NCBI GenBank assembly: GCA_002402995.1
Contig: DHGX01000003.1
Coordinates: 148,309 to 185,880 of the forward strand
Length of the DNA stretch: 37,572 nt
DNA from: Patescibacteria group bacterium UBA4787
Lineage (GTDB): Bacteria; Patescibacteriota; Patescibacteriia; UBA2591; UBA4787
Reading direction: 5' to 3'
Shown here: in pieces, positions 18,676 to 26,505 of the stretch
Layout of the letters: each line of letters opens with the position of its first letter
Position numbering within the stretch: position 1 is the first letter of the stretch
Notes under the pieces: model-generated
The model's input: only the letters and a program-made list of their open reading frames with translations
The model's database searches: none
Told to the model about the DNA's origin: nothing
Program-made: the position numbers and the translations under genes

Positions 18676-18892
18676 ATTGATTGAAATTAAATTTTAATAA
18701 CTTAAATCTTATAGAGAGAAATCAATTTTGTCAATGTAGGTCGTTTAATTGATTTGTGTTGTATAAATAAAGATGGTTTAAAGAATAAAGCCCCGATCTT
18801 TTAAATCGGGGCTCATGTTATTTGAGCAGACTTCCTTTTGTAAGGATATTTATCATAACCAGTAGTCCACCAAAAGCAGCGCCTACTCCTAG

Positions 18893-19183
18893 TCAGATGA
18901 CGGCTTTGTTGGTTATCAGGCCGAGGACGCCGCTTCCGATCAAGCTCCAAACGATTATTACGATGGCACCCCAATTCGGGTTGGTTTTTGGGTCAGCGCT
19001 TGGATTTCCGCCTTTTAGGTGGAATATTAAAGGGCCGGCTACGGCGCCAACAACAAGGAGAATAGGCCAGCCGTTTACATAGTTCCAGCGGCACAGGGCA
19101 GGAAGAAGGAATATGCCTTCTAGAACCAATCCCGAGACCGCAAAGACTATTAACACAACCCTCTTGTCTATGTTGTCGAACAT
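18893..19183 (-). CDS. Hypothetical membrane protein
   Basis: AAGGAGG SD, upstream TTGACA, three TM segments. Confidence 0.75.
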   Translation of the reverse strand: MFDNIDKRVVLIVFAVSGLVLEGIFLLPALCRWNYVNGWPILLVVGAVAGPLIFHLKGGNPSADPKTNPNWGAIVIIVWSLIGSGVLGLITNKAVI

Positions 19184-19365
19184 TTTCTCCTCCTTTTAGG
19201 ATTTAATTTAAGTGTAGTATTTTTTGATATTTTGTCAAGAGAATAAAAGCATCAATTTTGACCTACTAATTTGACCTACGCCCCATCTTTTTTATTTTGA
19301 CAAATAAGAATACATAGATTAATATAATACCATCTTAATTTAATTAAATAATAATTTTAACTAAA

Positions 19366-19728
19366 ATGTTTGACAAAGACACTAAAATTAGACCCGAAGA
19401 CGCTGAAACAATTATCGGCGAGGGGGTTAAAGTTGAGGGCACTCTTACGGCCTTCGGCAATGTAATTGTTAAAGGACATGTGAGCGGGTCGGTTGAAACT
19501 AAAAACGAATTCCATGTTGAAGAGGGCGCTTTAATTGAAGCGGATACAACCGCCCAAGACGCCTACATCGCCGGCGAGATTAAGGGCAATTTAAAAATCG
19601 GCGGAAAAATCGAACTTGCCAAAAGCGCCAAGATTGACGGCGACATCACTTGTCGTGTTATGTCTATTGAAGAGGGGGCTACCTTCAACGGCCATTGCGC
19701 GATGGGTAATACTATTTCTGCTGAGTAG
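19366..19728 (+). CDS. Bactofilin (polymer-forming cytoskeletal protein)
   Basis: TIIGEGVKVEG...IEEGATFNGHCAM beta-helix pattern. Confidence 0.92.
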   Translation: MFDKDTKIRPEDAETIIGEGVKVEGTLTAFGNVIVKGHVSGSVETKNEFHVEEGALIEADTTAQDAYIAGEIKGNLKIGGKIELAKSAKIDGDITCRVMSIEEGATFNGHCAMGNTISAE

Positions 19729-19750
19729 AGAATTATTTTTTTAAAGCATT

Positions 19751-20536
19751 ATGTATTTATATCTCTACGATTCTTTTTTGGTTAATCCAAAATATCGGAA
19801 GATAATTGATCGGATTGAAAATCGGATAATGGCTTTGTCCATAGACGGCAAGGTCACTCGTTTGACTATTATCAAAAACGCCAGGGAGATAGTAGTAGAA
19901 CAGCTTAAAAGAGGGATTGAAACCGTAGTAGTCGTAGGGGGAGACGAGTTGTTATTTGAAGCGGCTAGCGCTTTAGTGGAGAATCGCGGAGTCTTGGGCT
20001 TTATTCCGATTGAATCCAACTCGCAGATGGCGCAAATACTTGGTTTGCCTATCGGCGAAGCGGCTTGCGATGTTGTTTCCGCGAGACGCATCCAGCAAAT
20101 GGATTTGGGCAAGATTAATAATCAGTATTTTTTGTCTTCGGTTGTTTTGGGCAGCAACAACGTTAAGATTAAATGCGAATCTTCGTATGCGGTAGATCCG
20201 CTTAAATCAAAATTAATCAAGGTTAGTAATTTGGATTGGATTAATTTTTCTTTAACGACCCACAAAAAAATTATTAAAAAAGAGATTAGCAACCCGGCAG
20301 ACGGATTATTAGAATTAATTTTTGAACAAAGCGGCGGTTTCTCTCTCCCGTTTTTCAAGAAGAAAGCTTATAAAAAGGACAGCCTTTTTTATGTAAAAAA
20401 CATAGAAATAACCAAGGCAGGCGAAGAAGAAATTACTTTAACAGTTGATCAAACAAAAATTATGAAAACGCCGGCCACAATTGAAGTCGCGCCTCGAGTA
20501 ATTAAAATTATCGTCGGCCGAGAAAGAATGATTTAA
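19751..20536 (+). CDS. Diacylglycerol-kinase-family protein (degenerate)
   Basis: VVVVGGD, LGFIPI, MDLGKINNQYF, PADGLLE. Confidence 0.75.
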   Translation: MYLYLYDSFLVNPKYRKIIDRIENRIMALSIDGKVTRLTIIKNAREIVVEQLKRGIETVVVVGGDELLFEAASALVENRGVLGFIPIESNSQMAQILGLPIGEAACDVVSARRIQQMDLGKINNQYFLSSVVLGSNNVKIKCESSYAVDPLKSKLIKVSNLDWINFSLTTHKKIIKKEISNPADGLLELIFEQSGGFSLPFFKKKAYKKDSLFYVKNIEITKAGEEEITLTVDQTKIMKTPATIEVAPRVIKIIVGRERMI

Positions 20537-20559
20537 ATTATGGGTATTTTAATATTAAA

Positions 20560-20655
20560 TTGGCAAAATATATTGATCAAACCAACGTTGAGCCGAACGC
20601 CACGGGCAAAGACATAAAAAAGATATGCCAAGAGGGGAAGAAATTTAATTTTCAT
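20560..20655 (+). pseudogene. deoC: N-terminal relic of deoxyribose-phosphate aldolase
   Basis: LAKYIDQTNVEPNATGKDIKKICQEGKKFNF resembles the DeoC N-terminus; similarity stops at a palindromic repeat. Confidence 0.6.
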
Positions 20656-20772
20656 TTCAGACCTGCCTTCGCTAAAGCTTCGGCAAGGCGGGCCTGCCTC
20701 GCCGACGCGAGTCAAGGCGGAGCGAGCGAAACAAACACAGGGTTTAATACCCTTTATATAATTTTAAAAAAA

Positions 20773-20802
20773 CAGAGCAGGAGAGATTTTTCTCCTGCTC
20801 TT
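20773..20802. terminator. Hairpin between convergent genes
   Basis: AGAGCAGGAGA-gattt-TCTCCTGCTCT. Confidence 0.65.
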
Positions 20803-21265
20803 ATTTGAACCAATGATAACACGGCGCCATGATAAGAAGTATTTTGATGAGATTAATCATGACAAAAAGCCAGAAAGCATATTTGAGTTTGATTAACTTG
20901 GCGGTAATCACAGAAGCTGTATCAATACTGGGGATAAGGGGAAACGCGAACGGGATAAGGATTAGATATTGGCTGAAACCTAAAGACCTGTTGATAATCG
21001 ACTTGTTCAGTTCGTTGATTTTTGCGTTTACCAGCGTTAAGATTCGGCCAATTCTTGTTTTGCGAAATTTCGCGAAACTTTTTGCTTTTTCTCCCTTATT
21101 TTTGACGACACCAGCCAAGAAATACGTAAGCCAGGTATTGAAGGTGGTCCAAAGAAAGACTGTTAAAAATACTTCAAGGCTCGACTTGTGAAAGGCAGCA
21201 GCCGCGACAATAAAGGCCTCCGGCCGAAAATACAGCAGGAGATAGAGGCCGATTAATCCTTTCAC
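20801..21265 (-). CDS. Hypothetical membrane protein
   Basis: Hydrophobic ORF, GTGA overlap with upstream gene. Confidence 0.7.
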   Translation of the reverse strand: MKGLIGLYLLLYFRPEAFIVAAAAFHKSSLEVFLTVFLWTTFNTWLTYFLAGVVKNKGEKAKSFAKFRKTRIGRILTLVNAKINELNKSIINRSLGFSQYLILIPFAFPLIPSIDTASVITAKLIKLKYAFWLFVMINLIKILLIMAPCYHWFK

Positions 21266-22158
21266 GGCTTAATCTCCTGATAGTAAATACCAAGATTGTC
21301 GCTAGTGAAAGCCCCTTCCGCGTAAACCGCTTCAATCAAGATGTCTAATTGCACGATTTCCAGTTCGTCGCGATAGTTTTCCAGCTTGAAACGCTTGACG
21401 GCGCGGTCAATCAACCAATTTAAATCCATGTCGTAATGTTGCCACTTGTTGATGTCGTTTTTGCCTCGATTGAGCACGTATTGATAGTGATAAGCGATTT
21501 CGTCTTCTTGGGTGAATACTACGCCCTTATAAGAATAGAACATCACGTCCATAACCAGGGGTTTAGGCATGCGGGGCGAACGATACCAAACATTTACTCC
21601 CATCATCAACCAAGAAAGCGGTTCTTTGGTGATATCCACCTTGGCTTGATCAACGCGCGCGTTAAAACTAAGAATCAGCTTCTTGTTTTTGATATTAAGG
21701 GGTTTGGGGCAATGCCATGCCTTACTACTCGGATTTCCACTATACGTACCCTGGCTTATCATTGTTACGCCGTATGACCATCCGTGGCCGTGTTTGAGAT
21801 AAGCATGATATTGTCCGTTTTTAATGTAAGCATGGAATCGGTCGAGTGGAATTTGAGGTTCCCAGAAAGACCAGGCAAAATTATACATTCCCCATGAATT
21901 CCGGCCGAGTGGAGCGTAGGCGGCGATATCTTTTTCTTTCAATCCGCTGTTGTAATCCAGATTGTCGAATCCAGGATTGGTGTTCCAGGTCAAGAAACCA
22001 TCGGGGTTGAAGTTGTTAATCTGCCACTCTTGGCGCTCTTTTTCCGTGGCTTCCGGATGACTGACATGGTTGAAAATCCAAAAGCCGAGAATGTTTATGC
22101 CGTAGAGCCCGAGAATGATTAACAAAATCAGGCAAACCATTCTAATCCAAGGCGCCAT
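21262..22158 (-). CDS. Hypothetical membrane-anchored extracytoplasmic protein (aromatic-rich, beta-type)
   Basis: GGAGGG SD, N-terminal TM, 298 aa. Confidence 0.75.
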   Translation of the reverse strand: MAPWIRMVCLILLIILGLYGINILGFWIFNHVSHPEATEKERQEWQINNFNPDGFLTWNTNPGFDNLDYNSGLKEKDIAAYAPLGRNSWGMYNFAWSFWEPQIPLDRFHAYIKNGQYHAYLKHGHGWSYGVTMISQGTYSGNPSSKAWHCPKPLNIKNKKLILSFNARVDQAKVDITKEPLSWLMMGVNVWYRSPRMPKPLVMDVMFYSYKGVVFTQEDEIAYHYQYVLNRGKNDINKWQHYDMDLNWLIDRAVKRFKLENYRDELEIVQLDILIEAVYAEGAFTSDNLGIYYQEIKP

Positions 22159-22382
22159 TGTTATCCCTCCTTTTTTGCCATTCGCCGATAGCGAAGGCAG
22201 ATTTTAAAGATCTAAATATTTATATCTTTTATTTCTATTAATTTTAGGTTTATTTTTATGATTAAGGAAGTGGACATCTTTTTATTTCGTTAAATCCTAC
22301 GAAGTAGGAATCACGACTGTGTCGGGATTATTTAACGGGGTAAATAAAAATCGTCTTGTTAAATTAAAAGACGATTAAAAAA

Positions 22383-22454
22383 TAGCAGGGGAGGGGATCG
22401 AACCCTCGGCATTACGCTTATGAAGCGTATGCTCTACCACTGAGCTACCCTGCC
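22383..22454 (-). tRNA. tRNA with CAT anticodon (elongator Met, Ile2 not excluded)
   Basis: GGCAGGGTAGCTCAGTGGTAGAGCATACGCTTCATAAGCGTAATGCCGAGGGTTCGATCCCCTCCCCTGCTA. Confidence 0.88.
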
Positions 22455-22484
22455 GTTTGTTTATATATTTAGAATATTGTTTTT

Positions 22485-22560
22485 TGGTTGCGGGGGGCGG
22501 ACTCGAACCGCCGACCTTCAGGTTATGGGCCTGACGAGCTGCCAGCTGCTCTACCCCGCG
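22485..22560 (-). tRNA. Initiator tRNA-fMet(CAT)
   Basis: CGCGGGGTAGAGCAGCTGGCAGCTCGTCAGGCCCATAACCTGAAGGTCGGCGGTTCGAGTCCGCCCCCCGCAACCA; C1xA72 mismatch. Confidence 0.93.
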
Positions 22561-22880
22561 TCAAAATATTTTTTGTTTTTTTGTTCCACGGCTTCAATTT
22601 TTTTAATGGCGTTACAGTTTGCACATAAAATTTGGTAATCGCAATTCCCCAACTTTATTTTCTTTAGTACGGAATTATAATAATTTCCGCCAAATAATTT
22701 TCTTTCCCCTCCTCCGCCACCGTTTATGTGATCTATACACAGCGCCCTTGCATCAGAAAAACCACACTTTACACATTTTCCGCCCAACAATAATATACAC
22801 ATGGCACGCGTTTTTTTATTTGATTTTTGTCTTGCAAGAGCGTCGGTTCTTTTGTGATTTTCTATATCTTTATATGGCAT
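22551..22880 (-). CDS. HNH-family endonuclease
   Basis: CVKCG...IDHINGGG...QILCANCN; stop codon lies within tRNA-fMet. Confidence 0.85.
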   Translation of the reverse strand: MPYKDIENHKRTDALARQKSNKKTRAMCILLLGGKCVKCGFSDARALCIDHINGGGGGERKLFGGNYYNSVLKKIKLGNCDYQILCANCNAIKKIEAVEQKNKKYFDAG

Positions 22881-22923
22881 GATTATTTTAGCATAAATTA
22901 ATAAAAAAGGGAAATTTAGATAA

Positions 22924-23020
22924 TGCCACTGTTCCGATTTTATTTCTGCCGTTCGGCAGAACTATAAAATCGAGAATCCTCGTCCGCGACAACGGTCGGG
23001 ACGGGACTCTACCCCGCGTC
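22924..23020 (-). pseudogene. Duplicated 5' end of tRNA-fMet interrupted by a palindromic repeat
   Basis: Minus strand: GACGCGGGGTAGAG[75-bp hairpins]CAGTGGCA versus tRNA GACGCGGGGTAGAGCAGCTGGCA. Confidence 0.75.
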
Positions 23021-23062
23021 GTTAATTAAATTTTAACAGATTTTATGATATTTTCAAGCTTT

Positions 23063-23149
23063 TGGTGCCGGGGGGGAGAGTCGAACTCCCATGATCTTGC
23101 GATCACATGATTTTGAGTCATGCGCGTCTACCAGTTCCGCCATCCCGGC
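23063..23149 (-). tRNA. tRNA-Leu(CAA)
   Basis: GCCGGGATGGCGGAACTGGTAGACGCGCATGACTCAAAATCATG..long variable arm..GTTCGACTCTCCCCCCCGGCACCA. Confidence 0.95.
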
Positions 23150-23254
23150 ACACATAGTAAATAAACTGTTAAGATTTGAAAGATACTAGTTAATTATATT
23201 AAAATTTTTTTACTTGTCAAATAATTTCCTTTTTGTTAATTTAAATAGGGTATG

Positions 23255-23390
23255 CCAGGTAGTGAAAATTTGACAGTGCTTTTTGCTTCACTCCGCTACC
23301 AGGCCTTTCAATATATGAAATAACCAATTCTTGCTTCTAGTGTATTTACCTAAATCGCACTTTAAGAAGCGTCAAATTTCTACTACCTGG
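23255..23390 (+). mobile_element. Family B start-codon element, copy B1 (136 bp)
   Basis: TATG|CCAGGTAGTGAAAATTTGAC...GTCAAATTTCTACTACCTGG|TATG of parA. Confidence 0.85.
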
Positions 23391-23391
23391 T

Positions 23392-24165
23392 ATGAAAATA
23401 ATCTCTGTTGTTAACCAAAAAGGAGGAACGGGGAAAACCACAACCGTTGTTAATTTAGTTTCTTATGTAGCGCGCTTGGGAAAGCGCGTGCTTTTAGTCG
23501 ATCTTGATCCGCAAGCTAACGCCACTTCCGGTTTTGGTTTGAATCCGCGAGAAGTTGAAGCGGGTATTTATGAATTAATGAGCGCAACAGTTGAAGCGAA
23601 AAATGTCATCAAAGAGATTAGAGCCAATCTTTATCTTTTGCCAACTAACGAGAATTTGGCTGGAGCCAATATTGAACTGGTTGATACGGAGAATCGAGAA
23701 TTTAAATTATTAGAGGCTTTGCAGAAGATTTCAAATAATTATGATTATGTAATAATTGATACACCGCCGTCTTTGGGGCTTTTAACAATCAATAGTCTTC
23801 TGGCGGCTGACGCGCTTCTTATTCCTGTTCAGGCAGAATATTATGCGTTAGAGGGCTTGGGACAATTAATGAACACCGTGGGATTGATTAAAAGTAATTT
23901 GAAACCAGAGTTAGATATTCTGGGAGCAGTATTGACGATGTATGACGATCGCAGCCGCCTTTCGAAAGAAGTTTGGGAGGAATTATATAAGAATTTCGGC
24001 AACAGAATATTTCGCACGATCATTCCTCGCAACATTAAATTAGCCGAGGCGCCAAGTTTTGGCCAATCAATATTAGAATACGACCCGCGATCAAAAGGAG
24101 CCAAGGCTTATTCTCGATTAGCCAAAGAATTTATTAGTTTAAGCAAACAAATTAAAAATCCATAA
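23392..24165 (+). CDS. parA: Chromosome partitioning ATPase ParA/Soj
   Basis: NQKGGTGKTT, DLDPQANAT, IDTPPSLG, EAPSFG. Confidence 0.96.
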   Translation: MKIISVVNQKGGTGKTTTVVNLVSYVARLGKRVLLVDLDPQANATSGFGLNPREVEAGIYELMSATVEAKNVIKEIRANLYLLPTNENLAGANIELVDTENREFKLLEALQKISNNYDYVIIDTPPSLGLLTINSLLAADALLIPVQAEYYALEGLGQLMNTVGLIKSNLKPELDILGAVLTMYDDRSRLSKEVWEELYKNFGNRIFRTIIPRNIKLAEAPSFGQSILEYDPRSKGAKAYSRLAKEFISLSKQIKNP

Positions 24166-24170
24166 TTATG

Positions 24171-24310
24171 CCAGGTAGTGAAAATTTGATAGGTTCTTGT
24201 AAATTATTATAACAACAGTTAATTCAATAAAATTGCGCAAATAGTCAAAATTTATTAAAATATTATAAATAAATCTAATAAATATATTTAATCAAATTTC
24301 TACTACCTGG
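24171..24310 (+). mobile_element. Family B start-codon element, copy B2 (140 bp)
   Basis: TATG|CCAGGTAGTGAAAATTTGAT...ATCAAATTTCTACTACCTGG|TATG of parB. Confidence 0.85.
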
Positions 24311-24311
24311 T

Positions 24312-25181
24312 ATGCCGTTAGGAAAAGGTTTAAGCGCTTTGATTCCCACTCGTTCAGGACAAGTGCCGCAAAAAACTATTGAGAAAATTAATATTGAAAC
24401 GCTTGAAGAAACAGGCGAGAGGATTTTTCAAATTAGAGTTAGTCAAATTCAGCCGAATCCAGACCAGCCGAGAAGAGATTTCAAGCATCAAGAAATGGAA
24501 GAGTTGATTAATTCCATCAGAGAATATGGGATTATCCAGCCGTTGATTTTAACGAAAGTCGGCGACAATCTATATCAAATTATCGCTGGTGAGCGGCGTT
24601 ATCGGGCGGCAAAATTTTTAAATTTAACGACCGTGCCAGCTATTATCCGTTCGGTGGGCGAACTGGAGAAACTGGAATTATCTTTAATTGAGAATATTCA
24701 ACGCCAAGACTTAAATCCCATGGAACGAGCTCGCGCCTATCAGCGCTTGGTTGACCAGTTTAATCTGACTCAAGACGAGGTGGCGAAGAAAATGGGGAAA
24801 AATAGGGCGACCATTGCCAACAGTTTGCGCCTTTTGACTTTACCGGAAATTATTCAGCAGGCGATTGAAGAAGAAAAAATAAGCGAGGGTCATGCCAAAG
24901 CGCTTCTTTCTCTGGATAATAAAACCAAACAAGAGATTTTATTAAAAAGAATTTTAGGTTTGGGGCTTACGGTTAGAGAGACCGAAAAATTAACCAGTCC
25001 CCGCCAAGCCCAAGTTTCGTTTGAAAAAAAATTACAATTCGCCGATTTAGAAAAACATCTTTCTGCTAAATTGGGCACCAAGGTTCGCATTCGGCAAACT
25101 AAAGCCACCGGAGAAATAATCATTGAATTTTACAATCAGGAAGATTTAAAAAACTTGTTGGAAAAATTTGAAAAAATTTAG
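24312..25181 (+). CDS. parB: Chromosome partitioning protein ParB/Spo0J
   Basis: LGKGLSALI, QPRRDF, IIAGERRYRA, ENIQRQDL, HTH. Confidence 0.96.
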   Translation: MPLGKGLSALIPTRSGQVPQKTIEKINIETLEETGERIFQIRVSQIQPNPDQPRRDFKHQEMEELINSIREYGIIQPLILTKVGDNLYQIIAGERRYRAAKFLNLTTVPAIIRSVGELEKLELSLIENIQRQDLNPMERARAYQRLVDQFNLTQDEVAKKMGKNRATIANSLRLLTLPEIIQQAIEEEKISEGHAKALLSLDNKTKQEILLKRILGLGLTVRETEKLTSPRQAQVSFEKKLQFADLEKHLSAKLGTKVRIRQTKATGEIIIEFYNQEDLKNLLEKFEKI

Positions 25182-25607
25182 TTCTTTTTGTTAGTTTCTT
25201 TATCGCATCGTTATTATTGCTAATTATTGGGTCATACATATTAGATAAAATGAGTATTTTATGGCAGGTCGAAGTTATCCACAGTTTTATCTGGACGTTC
25301 TTATAAATTATGTTAGGATAGTAATGTAGTTTTATTCTTCGTGATTCTTTGGGAGCAATCCTTCGGGGTTGCGTTGGGTAGGACTACAAAGTGTAGTCTT
25401 GTTTCATCGTAGTCTTTCGGGACTAAGTTGGGCAGGACTACATTTTGTTTTCGCGTTTTTGTTGTTTTTATGTGTCTTGGATTTTTGTTTATCCTTACAA
25501 TAGTTTAAAAATAAAGCAGGCAATAAATTATCCTGTTTGTGTTTGACGAAACGTTTATTCTCTGATTTAATTATTCAAAGGAAATAATAGTTCTTTAAAA
25601 TAAAAAT

Positions 25608-26504
25608 TTGTCTCCGTCAACTGACGGATGGCGGAAGGAGGAAAAAGTGAGCGCCGAATTATTTCCCACAGTCGCGGAAGCCGCTTTCATCAAAAGAATC
25701 AGCGATTTTTGTCAGAGGAAATACGGCTTTTCCGCGCCCCAGGTTTTTTCAGCGGAACCATATTATCAACAGAAATTGTATTTAGTCATGGTTTGTCCGA
25801 AATACAATTTTTGGCCTAACGACACTCTGGTTAAAGATTTTTATGTTTACTATGGCCATTCTAAGGATCAAGCCGATGCCATCTCCCGATCTTACCTTGA
25901 ACGAGGCTTTGATGTTTATATTCGAGACGATTGCGAACATTTTTCCGGGGCGCCAGAAAATTCCATCGTGATTACACCCAAGTTTTTTGAGAGTCTAAGT
26001 TATGTGTGGTCGATTTGTACTTTGATCCATGAATCTTTTCATCATTATGTCCATAAAGATGATATCAGTCTTGAGCGCTATGGCCAGCATATGACTTTTG
26101 ATGAGTTGGTTGCCGAAGAATCTTTGGCTACTGTGATTGGACACATAGGGACATTGGAATATCTCACAGAAATTAAAGCCAGCAGGTCATTATTAAAGCA
26201 GGCGAAGCGATTTGTCAAAAAGCTCGGCCCTTTCCATGCGTTGATTAATAGTCAGTATCAAAAATTGGATAAAGTTTATAGAAGTGATAACGATTCATTG
26301 AAAGCAGAAACTAGGCGTCGAATATTTAACGGCTGGTTTTTGGGCGGCAACGCAGAATTTCTGATAGACTACCTTTATTACGGCAGTTCGCATCTGACGA
26401 GATATTTGAAATTGCTAGACGAAGATAGAACCAATCGCGTTCTTGTTTCTCTTGTCCAAGACTTCGCGCGAACTTATTGGTCAAAATTTCAAAGAGCTAG
26501 ATAA
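25608..26504 (+). CDS. Putative zinc metallopeptidase (HExxH; aminopeptidase-like); start uncertain (GTG about 25647)
   Basis: LIHESFHHY followed by EESLATVIG (gluzincin-like spacing). Confidence 0.6.
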   Translation: MSPSTDGWRKEEKVSAELFPTVAEAAFIKRISDFCQRKYGFSAPQVFSAEPYYQQKLYLVMVCPKYNFWPNDTLVKDFYVYYGHSKDQADAISRSYLERGFDVYIRDDCEHFSGAPENSIVITPKFFESLSYVWSICTLIHESFHHYVHKDDISLERYGQHMTFDELVAEESLATVIGHIGTLEYLTEIKASRSLLKQAKRFVKKLGPFHALINSQYQKLDKVYRSDNDSLKAETRRRIFNGWFLGGNAEFLIDYLYYGSSHLTRYLKLLDEDRTNRVLVSLVQDFARTYWSKFQRAR

Positions 26505-26505
26505 C

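Noticed and set aside
25181-25607. parS site or oriC near parAB
   Set aside because: No TGTTTCACGTGAAACA-like palindrome seen and only one DnaA box.
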